Shown: positions 14,383-29,300 of the stretch, piece by piece | Position numbering within the stretch: the first letter of the stretch is position 1 | Layout of the letters: the number at the start of each line of letters is the position of its first letter | Made by a program: the position numbers and the translations under genes | The notes under the pieces: generated by a model | The model's input: the letters and a program-made list of their open reading frames with translations, nothing else | Told to the model about the DNA's origin: nothing | The model's database searches: none | Assembly (NCBI RefSeq): GCF_001949145.1 | Contig: NW_019091362.1 | Coordinates: 620,670 to 684,669, forward strand | Reading direction: 5' to 3' | Source: Acanthaster planci | Taxonomy: Eukaryota | Length of the DNA: 64,000 bases

Positions 14383-17300
14383 GTATGGCCCTATAACTAC
14401 AACAGCTATAGCCCCTCCTCTCTCTTCAGGAGAGCCAATGGCTTTGTGAGTATACTGTCACATGTGGCATGATTGACCTGCCTGTGGATGGTTACCATGG
14501 TGACATGCTGGTGATGTATTGTGGTAGATGAGTGATGTTGGCCTGTGTACAGTACATACAAGAACTTTCAATAATACAGTGGAAACTATGTCTTTGATGT
14601 TAATGCATGTTACATGAATGTCACTCAATTTGCATGCCATTTTGACACGTTGGACCCTGACTTGGACTTACCTATCATTGGAGAAAATCATTTGTACTTT
14701 CTGATTGTACACAATGGCAGATTTCATTTAGTAAGCTATTTCTGCAGACTGTCTACTGCCCTCTATAGTTTGTTGACAGAGAGAAATTCTGAGCTTTGTA
14801 GTTAAGCCCAGTGTCTGACGTTATCTTGGGTCCATGGGCATCACCGTAGATAGGAGGTTTACCTCCCTGATAAAACATGGGGGAAAAAATAAGAGAACAA
14901 AAAAGTAATTAAAAAAAGACACTGGGAAAAGGTTTTAAAAAGCCTGTTATCATGAAAATGTTTCAGAATTGTTATGCTACATTTTTTGTTATTCCAAACC
15001 CTGCCACCCCAGAAATTCTTGCATTGCTTATGTTTATGTTGATCTTACTGCACTAATAACCCCTTGACGACGGGAATTTCTTCCCGAAAGCCGACTGCAA
15101 GAATTCCAGCCTCGCTTGGCCACGAAGGCCACCCGACAAACGGCAGGTTCTCGGTTTGTGGCCCTGCGTGCTCCGCACGCTTTGAATTACATGGTGAAAA
15201 GGCTGATTATTTGGCGGCATGCGGCTCTACTCAAGCTTCCACATTCCCATTGCCNNNNNNNNNNNNNNNNNNNNNNNNNNNNNNNNNNNNNNNNNNNNNN
15301 NNNNNNNNNNNNNNNNNNNNNNNNNNNNNNNNNNNNNNNNNNNNNNNNNNNNNNNCTCTATCCACGTCCCGGCACAAAGGGGTTCAGTAACCCTTAATTC
15401 ATGTACATATTTTTCTGACCATTACCACCACCATTGATCTAGAGGGGGATGTGCATGTATTTTCAAAGTGACTCAAAAGAGACAGATTGAATCAAAACGC
15501 AAATGGTGAGAGCAAGACTCGCATAGATAGAATGTATGAACAAGTTGACTCTAGCTGACTTTACTTTATCTCGGTTCTGTGGTTATTCCAATATTTTGGC
15601 TAGTGCATGGATGTTATATTGTATTGTGGTTTAATAATTTCTTTTTGGAAAAAAATGTGCAGATTTTCAAGCCTTATGTTTACTTAGGTTTTTTTTTTTT
15701 GGTGGTCAGGAGGGTTTTGAGGGGTGTGTGGAAATTTGATCTTTAGTTCTCTTTTACTTCCATTTTCCTTTTATTCCCATTCTTGTTTATCCTTCCCAGT
15801 AAATTTTTGTATCATGTTTTTGTTTTCTAGGGGTTGTTTCTTTTCTGTTCTGTTTGTTTATTTGTTCTGTTTTACTTTCTTAGGCTGGCATTATTTCTCA
15901 AGAATTCCTGTCTGAAATCAACCTATAACAGGTTCAGTTGTAAGTGGCCCCCCTTTACTCCTCTGTCCTACTTCATTTCTTCACTCTACCCCAGACCTCA
16001 CCAGACGATGACAACATGAAGTTGGATGCTCTGAATGAGTCCTCAGAAGGCGATGAGGACAGCCGATTAGTCATCGACACATTTGAGCTGGACGAGAGCA
16101 TGAGCAGTGGCTCGGCCAGTAAGCCAACGTCGCCATCCTCTGACCAGCCGTCAGACCAGGCCCTGGCAGACATGAGGGTCAAACTCAAGGAAGCCCAGTA
16201 CAAGAATGCTGTAGCCGAGGCAGAGATAGCCAAGCTGAAGATACAGGTAGGCAGGGTACCAGACAAGGGTCACACCAGGAACCAGTTTCTAGGATGTCAG
16301 TCACACCATTTGAAATGTACAGTGTGAAGCTGACAAAGTACTCTTGGTAGGCTGATAACATTAGTCTGGGTAGCACAGTTGGTAGAACACCTGTGTGTTG
16401 TACTGGAGGTGGGTTCTAATCCTGTTTCATTCTTCTGTTCTTGTGTAGGCGACCCTAATTGACCACATGTCCTGGCAAACTGACGGCTAAATGATACTTA
16501 TTTCTCTTGATCATCGCAGACAGGAACTGGCCAATCTGTGCTGGATGCTAGCGAACAAAACTATGGAAAGATATGAGTTGGTACACACTAGTCCACCACA
16601 GAAAAGACAGAAGTTGAAGTCTCCGGTTTTAATTCAATTCAGATCTGTCCCCACATACCCGCTGTCAGAAATCATAGCTTCTGAGATGTTTGTTTGTGTA
16701 TGCAAGCCAGTATGACATGACCGGGGACAGAATGGGAGACAAACTTTGATCACTAGCCATTAAACACGAGATAATGAATGGAGAGCTTCCTCCGATACGC
16801 TCATTTACGGATGCCACAGGGCATTTTCTCTTATTAGTGTGGACATCACGTCGTCAACCTGGCTCCATCTTCTGTGGAGAAATATAAATCAGCAAATGCG
16901 ACTTCCTGAAAACTGCAACCTGTCCAGGAATAGTCAGACCACAGTACAAGTCATACAGATGTAGAATAATACTGAGCTACTGACGCTGAAATCAGATTTA
17001 CTCTTGTTGGCATTGTTTCAAAATGTTAATAACGGTAAGCATTCAGTGCTGTCCCTGTCCAAATGAACCATGGCAGGCCCCAGTTTCCTTCTTACCCTAC
17101 GGAGGAAAAAGTAGGAGAAGAAGAAGAAAAATGCGATCTTTGTTTCCGCTGAGCTGGAGAATGCCTAAGTGGTTTCTCCATCCGCCCCTTGCAATGTTCA
17201 GAGGGACATCACCGGAATGAACAGTACATCCTGCTGTCGGGGGACCAACATTGTTCCCTGCAACCATTCCCGCCTCCATCACCACACCTCCACTCCATCC

Positions 17301-20300
17301 TCCGTTGCTGAGCCGTTTTTTTTTTCTCTCTTCAGACTTGGCTGGCTTAGAAGCATTATTACCAGGAAAGGTTTCAAAAGAGCAGACACTCTTACTTAGA
17401 CGCATCATCAATGATGTCTTTATCTGTCTGCATCAGTATGTCTGTTTGTCCTGGAGAAGCCAAGTGGGTGTGTCCCACCCCTTTTCTGTTGTTACAGAGA
17501 GGTTTTCCTATAGTTTTTTTCAGATCTAGGCATAATCCGCCTGGAGCAGAAACACTCACCTATCGGCTGAAAAGAGCCACGTTGGTCAAAAGTGTTCAAT
17601 TTGTTGATAGCGATGAAACCGTGACACATGCATTTCCTAGTCATTCGTGAACCAACAAAGTTCAGTTCTGACTAAAGGAGCTTCCGTTGCTGAGAAAATA
17701 GCGCCCTCTCTTGGTTTAGCTTGAGGCCCATTATGCAAACTTGACTATTTAGTATTGTAGATTAAACGCGGTTGCATTTGATGTTTCCTGCACTACAAAA
17801 CAGCCCCTCAGATTTGTCTCAAGACTTGAAAGGACAAATTCAGCTTGAAATCAGTCTAAAGATTTTCAACCTGAAGAATAAAAGCAGGAAGGGGATAAGT
17901 GCTTGTACAATTCCCACTGACGCTCAGTGTACATACGTCGGGACATCTTGTATTTTCCAGAATGTATCAGGTCACAATCGTAGTCATCTACACAATGTCT
18001 TGGAGGGAGCCTCTGTCATTCACTCTAGCGACTGGTCTACTTACTAGCCTGAGGTGACTTGCCCACGCCATCATCCCATCCTTCAGTAAATACCCATTTT
18101 GACATGCACAGACCTCCGATTCAATTTGAGTTGGTCACAAATGTCAGGTCAGGAATCGTGTTGCCACCCACATAGACAAGCCTCAAGTCAGGGGACTGTT
18201 GACTTTGTGGGGTTCTTCGCAAATCCATTAGACTGTGGTTACACGATCGCCTTTGTGTGTTCCCCTGAAGGCAGGGCTAACCGTCCCTTTTTAGGAGGTT
18301 GCCTCATCATAGGCACCAGTTCTAGAACCCAGACACCAGTAGAGTTGTTAGCTGAAAGGCTATGTTCAAAGTGGGCAATTTTTCTAGAGTTACCAATAAT
18401 TTGTCAACCAACAACTTCATTGGATGTGAACACGGGCTCAGCTATATCAACCAAAATAGCCAGGAATTGACAGATGTAAGAGTTAAAGTATATTTTCTAC
18501 GTTAAAGTGTGATTTACACAAATTTGAAGGATTCACCGTTGCCAGTAATCAGCAGAGAAACAATAAGAAAACTGAACTGATCTCCAAATAGCAGCATGAA
18601 AAACCGCAACCTAGGATTTTGACCAGTTCATAGATCGATCAGCAGTTGCAGCTCAATTCTTGTCAAAGTTTTAAAGTAAAATTTTCAGTCTTAAGGCCGG
18701 TTCATTCTTCATGCGAAAGCAAAGCAAATTTGACATCACGAAACATTTGCAGCGAAATTTGCTAGAGTTGAAATGTGTTCAACGTTTTTTAATTCGCAGC
18801 GTGAAAATTTGATCTGACATCACAAGTTCGCATTCATTTTTGCTTTCACCCGTATGAACTGGCCTTCAAATTGGTGTCAACATTAAGTTTGAGCCCCTTA
18901 CTATCCATCTCTGTCCACAGAATTTGTTACCATCAGTCACAAAAAAAAATACAAAAGAGAAAGGACGAAGAACAACTCTGTCCTGAATTTTTAATATGCG
19001 TCCCATTTAATGGGCTGTGACATCCTTGCATTGAATCAATAAAAGGTGCCCACTTTCAAATGGCCAAGCCCGTTTCATGAGTGATGGGATGCTCAGCAGA
19101 GATGTCAACCACGCCTAATGACTGCTTCACTCAAACACCTTTTCCCATCCTAGAGTTGTCATCAAGGAAATTAAACATCCCAACCCATACCCCCAACATT
19201 TTACCGACGTACATTTCCTTCTTGTGTTATTATGTGCTTCTTGGAAAGGATATCTAATATCTCTTTGTCAGTTTTCCTCCCTTACTAAGGTGTGATTATG
19301 TTTTCACAAGCAGTGCCCTGAGTAATTGGTTTCAATTTCAAGAATTTGGAACTTGGAGTTTCCTTTCTTCAGACGGCTCATTTTGTGTGAAGTAGAAAAA
19401 GAAAGTGGCTGAACTTGTGTAGTAGAGTTGTAGCAATACTGATGACTGGAGATGTGGAGTTTTCGTTTTAAATACTTTTAAAGTACCTGTGACAAACACA
19501 AAAAATGTGTCTCATGCCAGTTGTATGAACCTTGTTAAGGCTTGTTTGGACTGTGCCTTGCTCGTATAAAGTTAACCCGGTAAAAAAAAAAAAGAGTTTG
19601 GGGGGGCAGTTTGGGGATACAGTTATTTGTTGCAAAATGAAGAAGAACAGTCACGGGAACCATAAGCAAAACTCTAGCCTGAAACAGTGTCCAGGGGTTA
19701 GACAAATAAGTATTCTCTCCAAGATCCTTGAACTGCATCTTCATGATAGCAAAGCATTGTTCGTACCACAGGTATATAATGGAAACATGCCTTGGACTGG
19801 ATGTTGAGTCCCTTGATCTTTCCGTATAGACGTACTGATAATTGTCTCCATTTCACCTGACCATTCGTCCTTCTAGATATGCCAACAAACTTGTATGGCT
19901 TATCAACCCCCTCATTCTTTGCACACACATTGCAGTCCTTCTGGCTGTGATACGTGGGTGTTTTCCCAGACCCTGAAATTTTCTCGTCAATTCCAGGCCA
20001 TCCCGGTGACAGGGAAAAAAACACAGCACTAACTAGAAAGGTCTCAATTCAAACAAGCAAAGAAAATCCTCGGAAGTTGAAAAACAAAAACATGTCCCTT
20101 CAAAAACACATCTTGTTTTAATGCCATACTAGCCAACTCAATCTAACCCCTTATTTTAAAAATTGCCTCCTGCAAATGATGGAAGGCAAGCTTTTACAGC
20201 CTGTTCGCTAAACCCCATTAAGCATTCCTCCGCCCCCTCAGTGCAGTTTACTTTCAACCATAATGGATTTGCCGAACAGCACCCCTGGATTTGCTCAGAT

Positions 20301-23300
20301 GTATATTTTATAAATGTGAGTGTGGGCCATATCAAGTTACTTTCAATCTTCTCGCTCCCAGTATTGTGTCAAGGGTGTTAAAATAGCAATTCGGTTGTTT
20401 GTACTTGTCAGAAAACAAATCATAAATATTCAATTTGTAGTTGAACAATTTTTCAACTTGGGTCCGTCTCCTAAAAGAAATAGGGGAATAAATTGATGTT
20501 TAAGTGTGTGTGGGCTGTACTAGTGGACACCCCCTCATCTCATGCTGAAGAGAATGTGTGCCACAAGAAGGATGTTGGTTGGGATTTGTATTGATTGTAT
20601 CTGCTCTGGTCTTGTCAGACATTCAAGTGATGGAAATGCCGACAGTCCGTGCCCTTGGGGGTCACATTTCCCGGAGGTCAACTAGTCTGCTAATTCTCCA
20701 AATCTGGATGGCATGCGTCTGTGGGACATGCAGGCCAGTCCAACGTCACCTGTACACTGCTTGTACATGTTGAATGCCCTCAACAATCTATCCACACAGC
20801 AGATGTACATTGGCTTCATGCCTGTCCTTGCTGGCTAGTTGTTGGCATCTCTTTCTGGCTACTAATCTGTTAACTTCAAATTTTTTTTTTTTTAAACGAC
20901 AAAATTTGTGTTTCCTTCCAACACATTCTCCACGAGTCTGGGCGCCATGTTGGTATTTCGAACCTCATCATTAGCATATAATAATTCAAAGATGCAGTGC
21001 CATTTTTTCCTTGCTCAATCTGCCTTCACTATAATATTCCCAGGATCAAACATCTTGGTTATATCAGTGGTTGTGGCTGAATTCCAAGCCTTCGTCCTGG
21101 CATCCCCACTACTTATGTTTTGGTTCAGGCCTTACTGACAACAAACTGAAAAGAGGCTTTCTTAAAATTCTAAGCAAGTTGCCAAGCTATCCGTCCGCTC
21201 TGCATTGATCAGCACATATCAGCACACCCACGGCCGGTAACCCAATGCCTGCTCCCTTTTTATCTTTGCCATAGCCAGCCCCTCGTAATATGAATATTCT
21301 GGGAAAGTCAACCCTCCTTGTTTGCTGATATTCAATACAAAATGAAATGCAATCGGGGCAAATCAAGCTGCAAATTGCCACTGAATGATTCCATCCAGAA
21401 CTTCATATTTCGGGGGTGTTTATTTCAAATTTGAATGGCACCGCGACTCTGTGGCACCTGAACGTGGTAATCAGTGTGATTTCTTTCCTGTTCCATGCCA
21501 AGCCGCAAATGTCATTATTCTAATGATCTCCCTTCCCTTGCATTCATGCTGCCAGATCAGAAAGCCAACCGCACATTTTTTTTTGGCTACTTCATTTGAT
21601 GTCAGTTTTGCAGGGCGGCGATTGTTCCCTTTTCCCACTCTAAATGTCACACGACTCGGGGCGTTTAAGGCAATTCCTGGAGGTCCCCGTTTTTCTTCCC
21701 CAAATTGCTCTCCCAAATGAGAAGAGATCCATTCCATCTTCCCCCCAGTGTTTGGCGGCCTAACGTCTGAGAGATGCTTTGATGTCCTGGTTTTAATAAC
21801 CAGGAGACGATACGCTGGAGTGGCAGGAGGGGGAGGTTAATGGTTCTGAACTTTACGAGAATGTGAATCGTTGTTGAAGTCTTTCCTCGAATACGGAGAG
21901 AGAAAATGAGCCATTTTAAAGTACTTTTTAATTCTTCTTAAAATGCGGCCGTCAAGCTTGACTTGTGCGAAGAATTTGTCAAGCTGTTTGACACAGGGTT
22001 TCCAACAATTTGCCAAGTTGGCATCGATTTACTATACCCAACCTCCAATACTTTTTGAAGTTTCTATGCAAAATACACTAATTTGTTTCTTAAAAATAAT
22101 AAAAGCAGACACATTCCTAGGCATGTGGTAAAATGAGATTTGTGTTTGTCAATGAGAGATCTTATTGAAGCCAGAACTCCTGAAAATCAGGCCTCTCAAA
22201 ATAAAATTTAGAAGTACTGATGATTGTAGAATGACTTTTGGCAAACAAGTAAATGTTTGCCATGTCATTGCTTGGGTTTGCTGGTGGAATGCTTTGGTCT
22301 ATTTATATTTTCCAACATTTTTACCAGCAGTTTCTTGCCATGTTATGTTTTTGCGATCCAGTTAGGGAATATTACGCTCATGTCCTCAGGCAAAGACACT
22401 TGACTGTATTTTTACTGTGATTTCTACCCGTAGAAACATACAGCAACCTGTTTGGGGCAAAGTTGATAATTCTTAGAGATTAATAATGGAATGAGCTCCT
22501 TACTCTTCTAAACCATTTTAGTAATACTCATAACAAAGGAAACAGCTGTGATAAGACTACTGTAATACTTAGGACACTTGCAGAGAAGATAACTCGGAAA
22601 ATGATGACCATGGCAGAGAAGGGAACTGTGACGGTGAAAAAGTCACAAAATTGATGATTTCGATTTTATGATTGCCTTTCTTGATCATATTCTTTGACAC
22701 ATATTGTTTGAGATCAACTCCTTTACTCCCCTCTGTCGGGACAGAATAAAACTGTTCTTCAACCAGGCTTTTGTAGCCATTTATCTGATCAGTGCCGCCT
22801 TCTTCCTTCTGTTTCCTGTCAGGTCATGCAGGCTCAGGGTTGGGAAGCCGAAGAGACCAGACTCAAGCATCAGATTGAGCTCCAGGATAAGCGACTGACC
22901 CTCCTGGATCAGAAGCTGGAGAAGACAGAAGCCGAGCTGAACGAGGTCCGCAGGCTGCTGGAGGAAAACCAGAATCAGTACTCGGTGCTGGACAAGAAGT
23001 ATCACAAGGCCAAGAAACTCATCAAAGACATGCAGAACAAGTAAGTTTGTGGGTGCAGAACTATGTGAAATTACTACAGCAGGTAAGATTTATGGCAGAG
23101 GGATTACAGTCTAGTTCCTCGGAATTTCAACTTTTTTTCTGAAGAGGTCCCCAAAGTCTTAGCATTTATTCAAAGCCAGTCCTTAAAACATTTTACTCAT
23201 GACTATGTGTTCCGTCTCCCCCCCCCCCGGAGCTGGTGTGGAACTTAATTTCCCCTTTGTGTGGGAGTTTGACGGGCTTTCTTTGACAATTTGTCCTTGT

Positions 23301-26300
23301 TTTAGGATTTCAATAGCCTCTAGCAATGATGAGGATACCGTAGTCAACAGCTTGAAATGCATCCTGAACGGAAATTACAGATATGACGGTCTTGTCTTGT
23401 ACAGTGCAATGTCTTCTTGGTTTCCAATCGCTCTTGGTCAGTGCACTTCAATACACGCTAGGATTTTCATTTGACCCATTTGTAATTATCAGGGTGAACC
23501 TTTTTTTTTTCATAATGACTTCTAGAGTGCGCCACAGTGATTGTTCACTGCAGCAATACAGAAAACAGGCTTCAGAAATCTATTCGAATGAGGACAATAG
23601 GATAGATGAAAGGTCATGCCAATATTAAATTCGGTCTTGTTCTGCTGGGCTCTTCACCTAATCAAATCGTAATCCCAAATTTTACTCTTGGGTCCAGTAT
23701 CTTTCTATTGATTTTTTCAATTGCTACACATAGTCCTGGAAGCCAGTACATAAAGTACTCTCTTGGTGGACACAAAATCCAAATGCATTTGTCGAAAAAG
23801 GATGTGGAATTACAGCAGTCCCTTTCAATTTAGAAACAAAAGATGCTTTTTGCTCATGAGAGAATCAGAAAGCAATATTAACAGTGTTTTGGCGGTGTGT
23901 TACAGCCATTTGCAATGTCTTCATTCAACAAATTGATGGCTTTCAGTCTGAAGTATCTGTGACTGAAGATTAAATTATAAGCAGAAGGTTTTTTATGGTG
24001 GGAAAGCCAATTTGGATACATGTATTGTCGTAGAGTCCGACTACTTTTTACAAGGGAGGTACTTGATAAGGTCAAAATTCTTTTCATGGATCAATTTTCA
24101 GCTGAATGAGAGAATTTTATATTCTTTGCATTTGTTAATGGTTATATTCAGAGTGAAAAGTATGGAATTGTTATAGTCTAATGTGAATTAATCTAGTCCT
24201 TCATTCCAGCCATCAGGTACTTCTTATGAGTCATTCTTTGTGACTTTGTTGATTGTACAATGCCTAGAGAATATCTTGCAGTAGACTCAATTAAAGCAAG
24301 ACTTAGGTTTGATCTTAGGCTATTTGTTCGAAAGGTTGGTCACCCAAATGGATTATTGAAGGTATCAATTTCTCACAACTTGGATTTTAGAGGACTAGTT
24401 GGAAAACTTCACCTACAGAAGATATAGATCTTATGATTTCAAAGGAAAAAAGAAATCTAGATATGGACTGGGACTCTCCCAGAGGTTGTAGCAGTGTAAG
24501 GGAAAAACTGAAGTCATACCCAGTATAACACAGATGCTGCTGTGGATTGTGAGGAGACTGCAAAATGGTTGGCAGCCTATTCAACCAATCACAGTGTCAC
24601 GCCTTCGGCAAAAGTCTGCAAAGTTGACTACAGCTTGATCTTGTTTCCTCTCCAATCTCTTGGCTGGCCTCCAGATCTCATTTTCTTGACTCGGATACCG
24701 AATTGGTTACTTGAGCGGGCAACGGGAACTGAAGAGATTCCAGGCTTTCCGGTGTCTGTTTTTTTAATCCGTCACTCATACCGGATACCTGCCCAGTTTA
24801 CCATGTACTGCTTGAATTTCATGTTGGAGAGAACAAATTTTCAAAGTGTTGTTTGGCATTGTTAACATCTGTTACTGCCCTGCTCAATTACATGTACGTA
24901 TCACTCCAACAGACTTTTTGTGATGTGTTATTTTAAGTTGAGAAAACTGGGTTTTGTCTCTGGCGTGCACAAATATTAGAGGGAGAAAGATTCTACTTGA
25001 ACTGGTTCTACCATGACGTGAAAGTATCACTGTAGCAGTTGGTTTTGTATTCACTTTAGACCTATTGAGAGCAGACAGTGCACTTAAATGACATTATCTT
25101 TTGTACTGGGTTAGTTTCATTTGCCCCTCAAGCAGAAGCACTCCCTCATTGGTTGAAAAGAGCCATGTTGGTCGGGAGTGTTCATTTTGTTTGGAAGTGA
25201 TGCAACCGTGATGCGTGCATTTCCTAGCCATTCGTGAACCAGCAAAGTTCAGTTCTGACAAAAGGAGCCTCCGTTGCTAAGAAAATAACGCCTTCCATTG
25301 GTATTAATCGAGGCCTTCTTTTATTCTGTATGTGCAAGGCATGTTTTAAAATGGAACCAACTGAAGTCTATACCAGTAATTGTTTTTGGTTTTTTTATAA
25401 TGAATTAAATAAATACATGTTATTGCAGTGGTGTCATCATGAGTTCCCCTTCCCTTCCTGGAGGTCCATTTCCCCACCCCTGGATGCCCTTTCCACTTTT
25501 GAAATGTGTACATGTACAAGCCACAGGTCATTGGCTTTCAGTGCTTCCATGAAAAAAAGAGTTCCCCCTGGCTTCCCCCTAGAATTTCCACCATGTTACA
25601 TAAATGTGTACATGCATTTTAAATTTTGAAAAAGGAGAAAATTGAAGTCAAAATTAATTGTGATTCTTACACTTTGCTTGTATGGACATTGTAAAAACAT
25701 GTCAAAGTTGTTTACATAAAACTGTAATCAATATTTGTGTGGGACACGTTCTCTGCCTTTTCAATATCCTGCATGTATAAATACACCAGGCCTAAAATAC
25801 TAAATGGCTGAGATTTTCAACGTTAATAAATTAAGAACTGCCGTGCTTAAAAAAGGGCCCGCTTCCAATATTTATTGCTCCTAACATGATAGCTGAACGT
25901 TGGTGGCCTGTCAGGAAAACCACTTAACCAGGGTCAGCTTGGGTTTGGCTGTCTTTCTGATCCCAGAGTTTCGCTTCCACTTGTTCCTCATGGCCTTTTT
26001 TATTTTCTGCTGCAATGATAAGATTGTCATCCTTAAATGAGGTGCTTGCTTGCTTCAGTAGATGGGGATTTCCAGCACACTTGCCCATGTTGCAGAGACA
26101 AGTTAATATCCTCCACTTAGTGAGGTGGGAGGGAGAGGCTCGGTGCCTTTAAAATAGGTTCAGAGAATTTGCGCTTCACTGAGGAGAGCAGGGCACAAAT
26201 CTGAACAAGGAAACCACAATATTCAGCAAGTCAGCACTGACTCAGTGTCTTTCCACAGAAACCTAACCTAGTGCACACAACAAGTGAAATCAGAGTAAAA

Positions 26301-29300
26301 GGCACATGTACCTGTAACATGGAAAATGTCTTGGTCTTAACTGACATAAATCCTACATTAAAGTCAAGTACTTACCTTCCAACTTACACTTTTGAGTTGA
26401 GTTTATAGAGGGAATGTTTTTCTAAAGTGCAGTATGAAGTGATCTTAGAAGAAACATTTCCACTGGTTACCTCCAGCTTGACCCTATCTGGGTAATAAAG
26501 GCTAAGTGCAGCCCTCAACCCAGTTGTGTCAAGTTTGTTGCTAAATCACAAAGAAATGTAAGCAGTAGTTGATTGGTCATGAGTAAGATTGTATCTTGCA
26601 TCATTTGTAATTGCTTTTCTTATTCTCGGTCCTCCCCCCAACAGGGAAGAGGAGTTTCAGAACAAAGAGAAGGCGTTTCAAGAAGAGAAGGAACGGCTGC
26701 AAGAGAGTCACATGAGAGAAAAGAGGACATTACAAGAAAAGGTAGCGGTTGTAACATTGTGGACAGATGAAGAGCTGACTAGTGTGACACACAATTGCTA
26801 GTATCTCAAGTGTTTTATGCTAGGCTTGGCACTGTGCATATTGATACCTGAACTCATTAACATAATATATGCAAACATTACACTTTTCTCCATTTTGAAT
26901 GTTATCTTAAGTTTTCAGTTGCATATTTTTCTACAATTCCTTATTTAAACAAGTACACATGTATGTACAATTATTTTTTATCTTGTTGATACTAGAGTGA
27001 AAAAAATCAATGGTAAACCTACATTTTTACCAGGAATGCTTCACTGTTTGTTGGTACTCATGATGAGTGAAGAAATCACACACATCATGTGTGGTTGGCG
27101 TACATAACAACATCAGTGGGTCAAAGTGCCTGCTGAGAGCTTGTTCTATTTGCAATTTTCACAAATGGTAAAAAAATTACTTCACATCTCGATCCCATTC
27201 CCCAGTCCTAAACGAATCAAATTCCAAGGCCTAGTTGGTTTCAAGTCTCTGTAGACCAGCTATCTTTGTTTTGCCAAGGTCTTCACATCCTAACACTGGT
27301 TGCATACACTAAGTGATCTTCATTTACTGCGCAGCTGTGGATAAACGTAGATTGTGGAAATTGTCCTGCAGAGAAGTTGCCAAGGGTAAACCATACAAAG
27401 CGTAAAGTAAAAAAATAAAATAAAAATAACCACAGCAAAGCAAAACGAAACCAAACTGAGTAAAAAACCACCCTACCCTGTTGAGCCTTTCTTAATGTAC
27501 CAATCGGTGCTGATTTATTTTGCCAACATGACAAATTAGATTGATGAGCTTGAACTGAAACTGTCCAGTGAATCCCAAAGGGTCCGAAGTCTTGAAGGAT
27601 CTGACGGGATTCAAGCTGACCAAGATTCCAGCTCACCAGACAATGGAGGTAAACAACAAGAAGTGCATGTATTGTCCACAATTTAATAACTTATCGTGTT
27701 CAAAACAAATGGTTTCTCCTGCCCTGTGAAATTGATTTCAATAATCTACTTTTAACTTTCATTTCACACAAGTAACACTTTTTTTTTGCATCTTGTCAAC
27801 TAATGATTGATCTATTTATTAATAGTAATTTTTAAATCTATCTCATTCTTTGATGTATTTTGTGATGAAAAAACCCTTGAAGTAGACCTGGCTTTAAGAT
27901 AATGAGGGTTTGAATTAAAAGAATAGGTATTGGTACTGTGACTCCAAACATTATGCAAATGGCTGCATTGCTCATGAATAATGCATATGAAATAACTGTT
28001 GGCAACATCCTCTCATGAATGATGCATATCATACGCCATCTGAACGCCTGCCTCAAACCATTGCACAGATGAAGGTGTCATCTTGATACGGCAATCAGCT
28101 TTACCATCCTTTGAAGACATTCTGGATGCGGAGGGAGGCAAAGCCATCCTCGTAGATGACTCCCCCGAAGGTGAGGTGAACTCCACCCACTCCATATCAC
28201 ACCTTCATCCCATCCATAGTTTTATCTTTTCATCCCCCATCACATACAACCATTCATGTTCAGCACATTAACATGACATCACACACTATTAAAAAATTAC
28301 ACTGTGAAATGCACAATACGTCAGGGCATGTTTGGGCAAGGTCTATACTTATATATATAGTAACCAGGTTTTATTTACCTTTTCCCCCAAATAACTGGAA
28401 TTTGCTCAGCCTTTGTCCTGATTTCTTTTGAAAAAAAATGATCATACTCAAATTTTATGTACAAATAAAATTGTAGTTGTTTTATTTGTTAATTAAAATT
28501 TGTTACATTATCATCAGGAGTTTATTCAAGGGCAGATTCAGAACCAATTTTCTGAGGGGGGCAAAGATTGTAATTTTTTTATGTCATGTTTTATGGCCTT
28601 TCATAGGGTAAAGACTAAAGTTTCTGCTTTTTACATGCTTTTAGGAGGATGGGAAGGAAAAAGACCCCAACATGTTATTTTCTGCCAAACAATGGGAGGG
28701 GAATAATTGAGCTCATGGGGGAGAATCCCCCCATGTATTTCAGAAAAATTCAGTCTGAATAATTTGTGCATATGAAAGTACTTTTCTCTAGGCATCAATT
28801 TTGGCATGAGATGCAGTAAAAAAAAATTGACCTATTTGAAAGTGACCTTTGTGGGTTGAATTTAAATATCATCAGGTATGCCTATTAAAATATTGGACAT
28901 GCTTTATCTAGAGACAGGTGCCCAGCAACACTGAACATTGTTTTTAATGGTGGACGATGGGGGTAGAAGACTTTCCTCAAACCGCGGGCTACAGCAAAAG
29001 TGCATTTAGTTGGGGGGGGGATTCCAAATTGGCTATGTAAGCATTGTAACTGTGCCAAATCCAACAAGATTGTATGTGATTTACACTAAACCTTGAGGGT
29101 TAGGGCTACAACAACTCGGAACACCAGACATTATGCTAATTTAACATACATGCATCATTGATAGTGATCCTGATCAACTGAAGACAGGTGCATGCAGGCT
29201 TTTCCATATTGAAAATTCATTTGAACTTGTAGTCATTGTATAGTTGTCAAGCTGGAACACAGGGAAATAACAGGTGGTGCTTTTTGGACACTAGAGGGCA

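Noticed and set aside
17337..17372. Strong acceptor tttctctcttcag with a nearby donor
   Set aside because: In-frame TAG in the required phase 0, and a weak donor.
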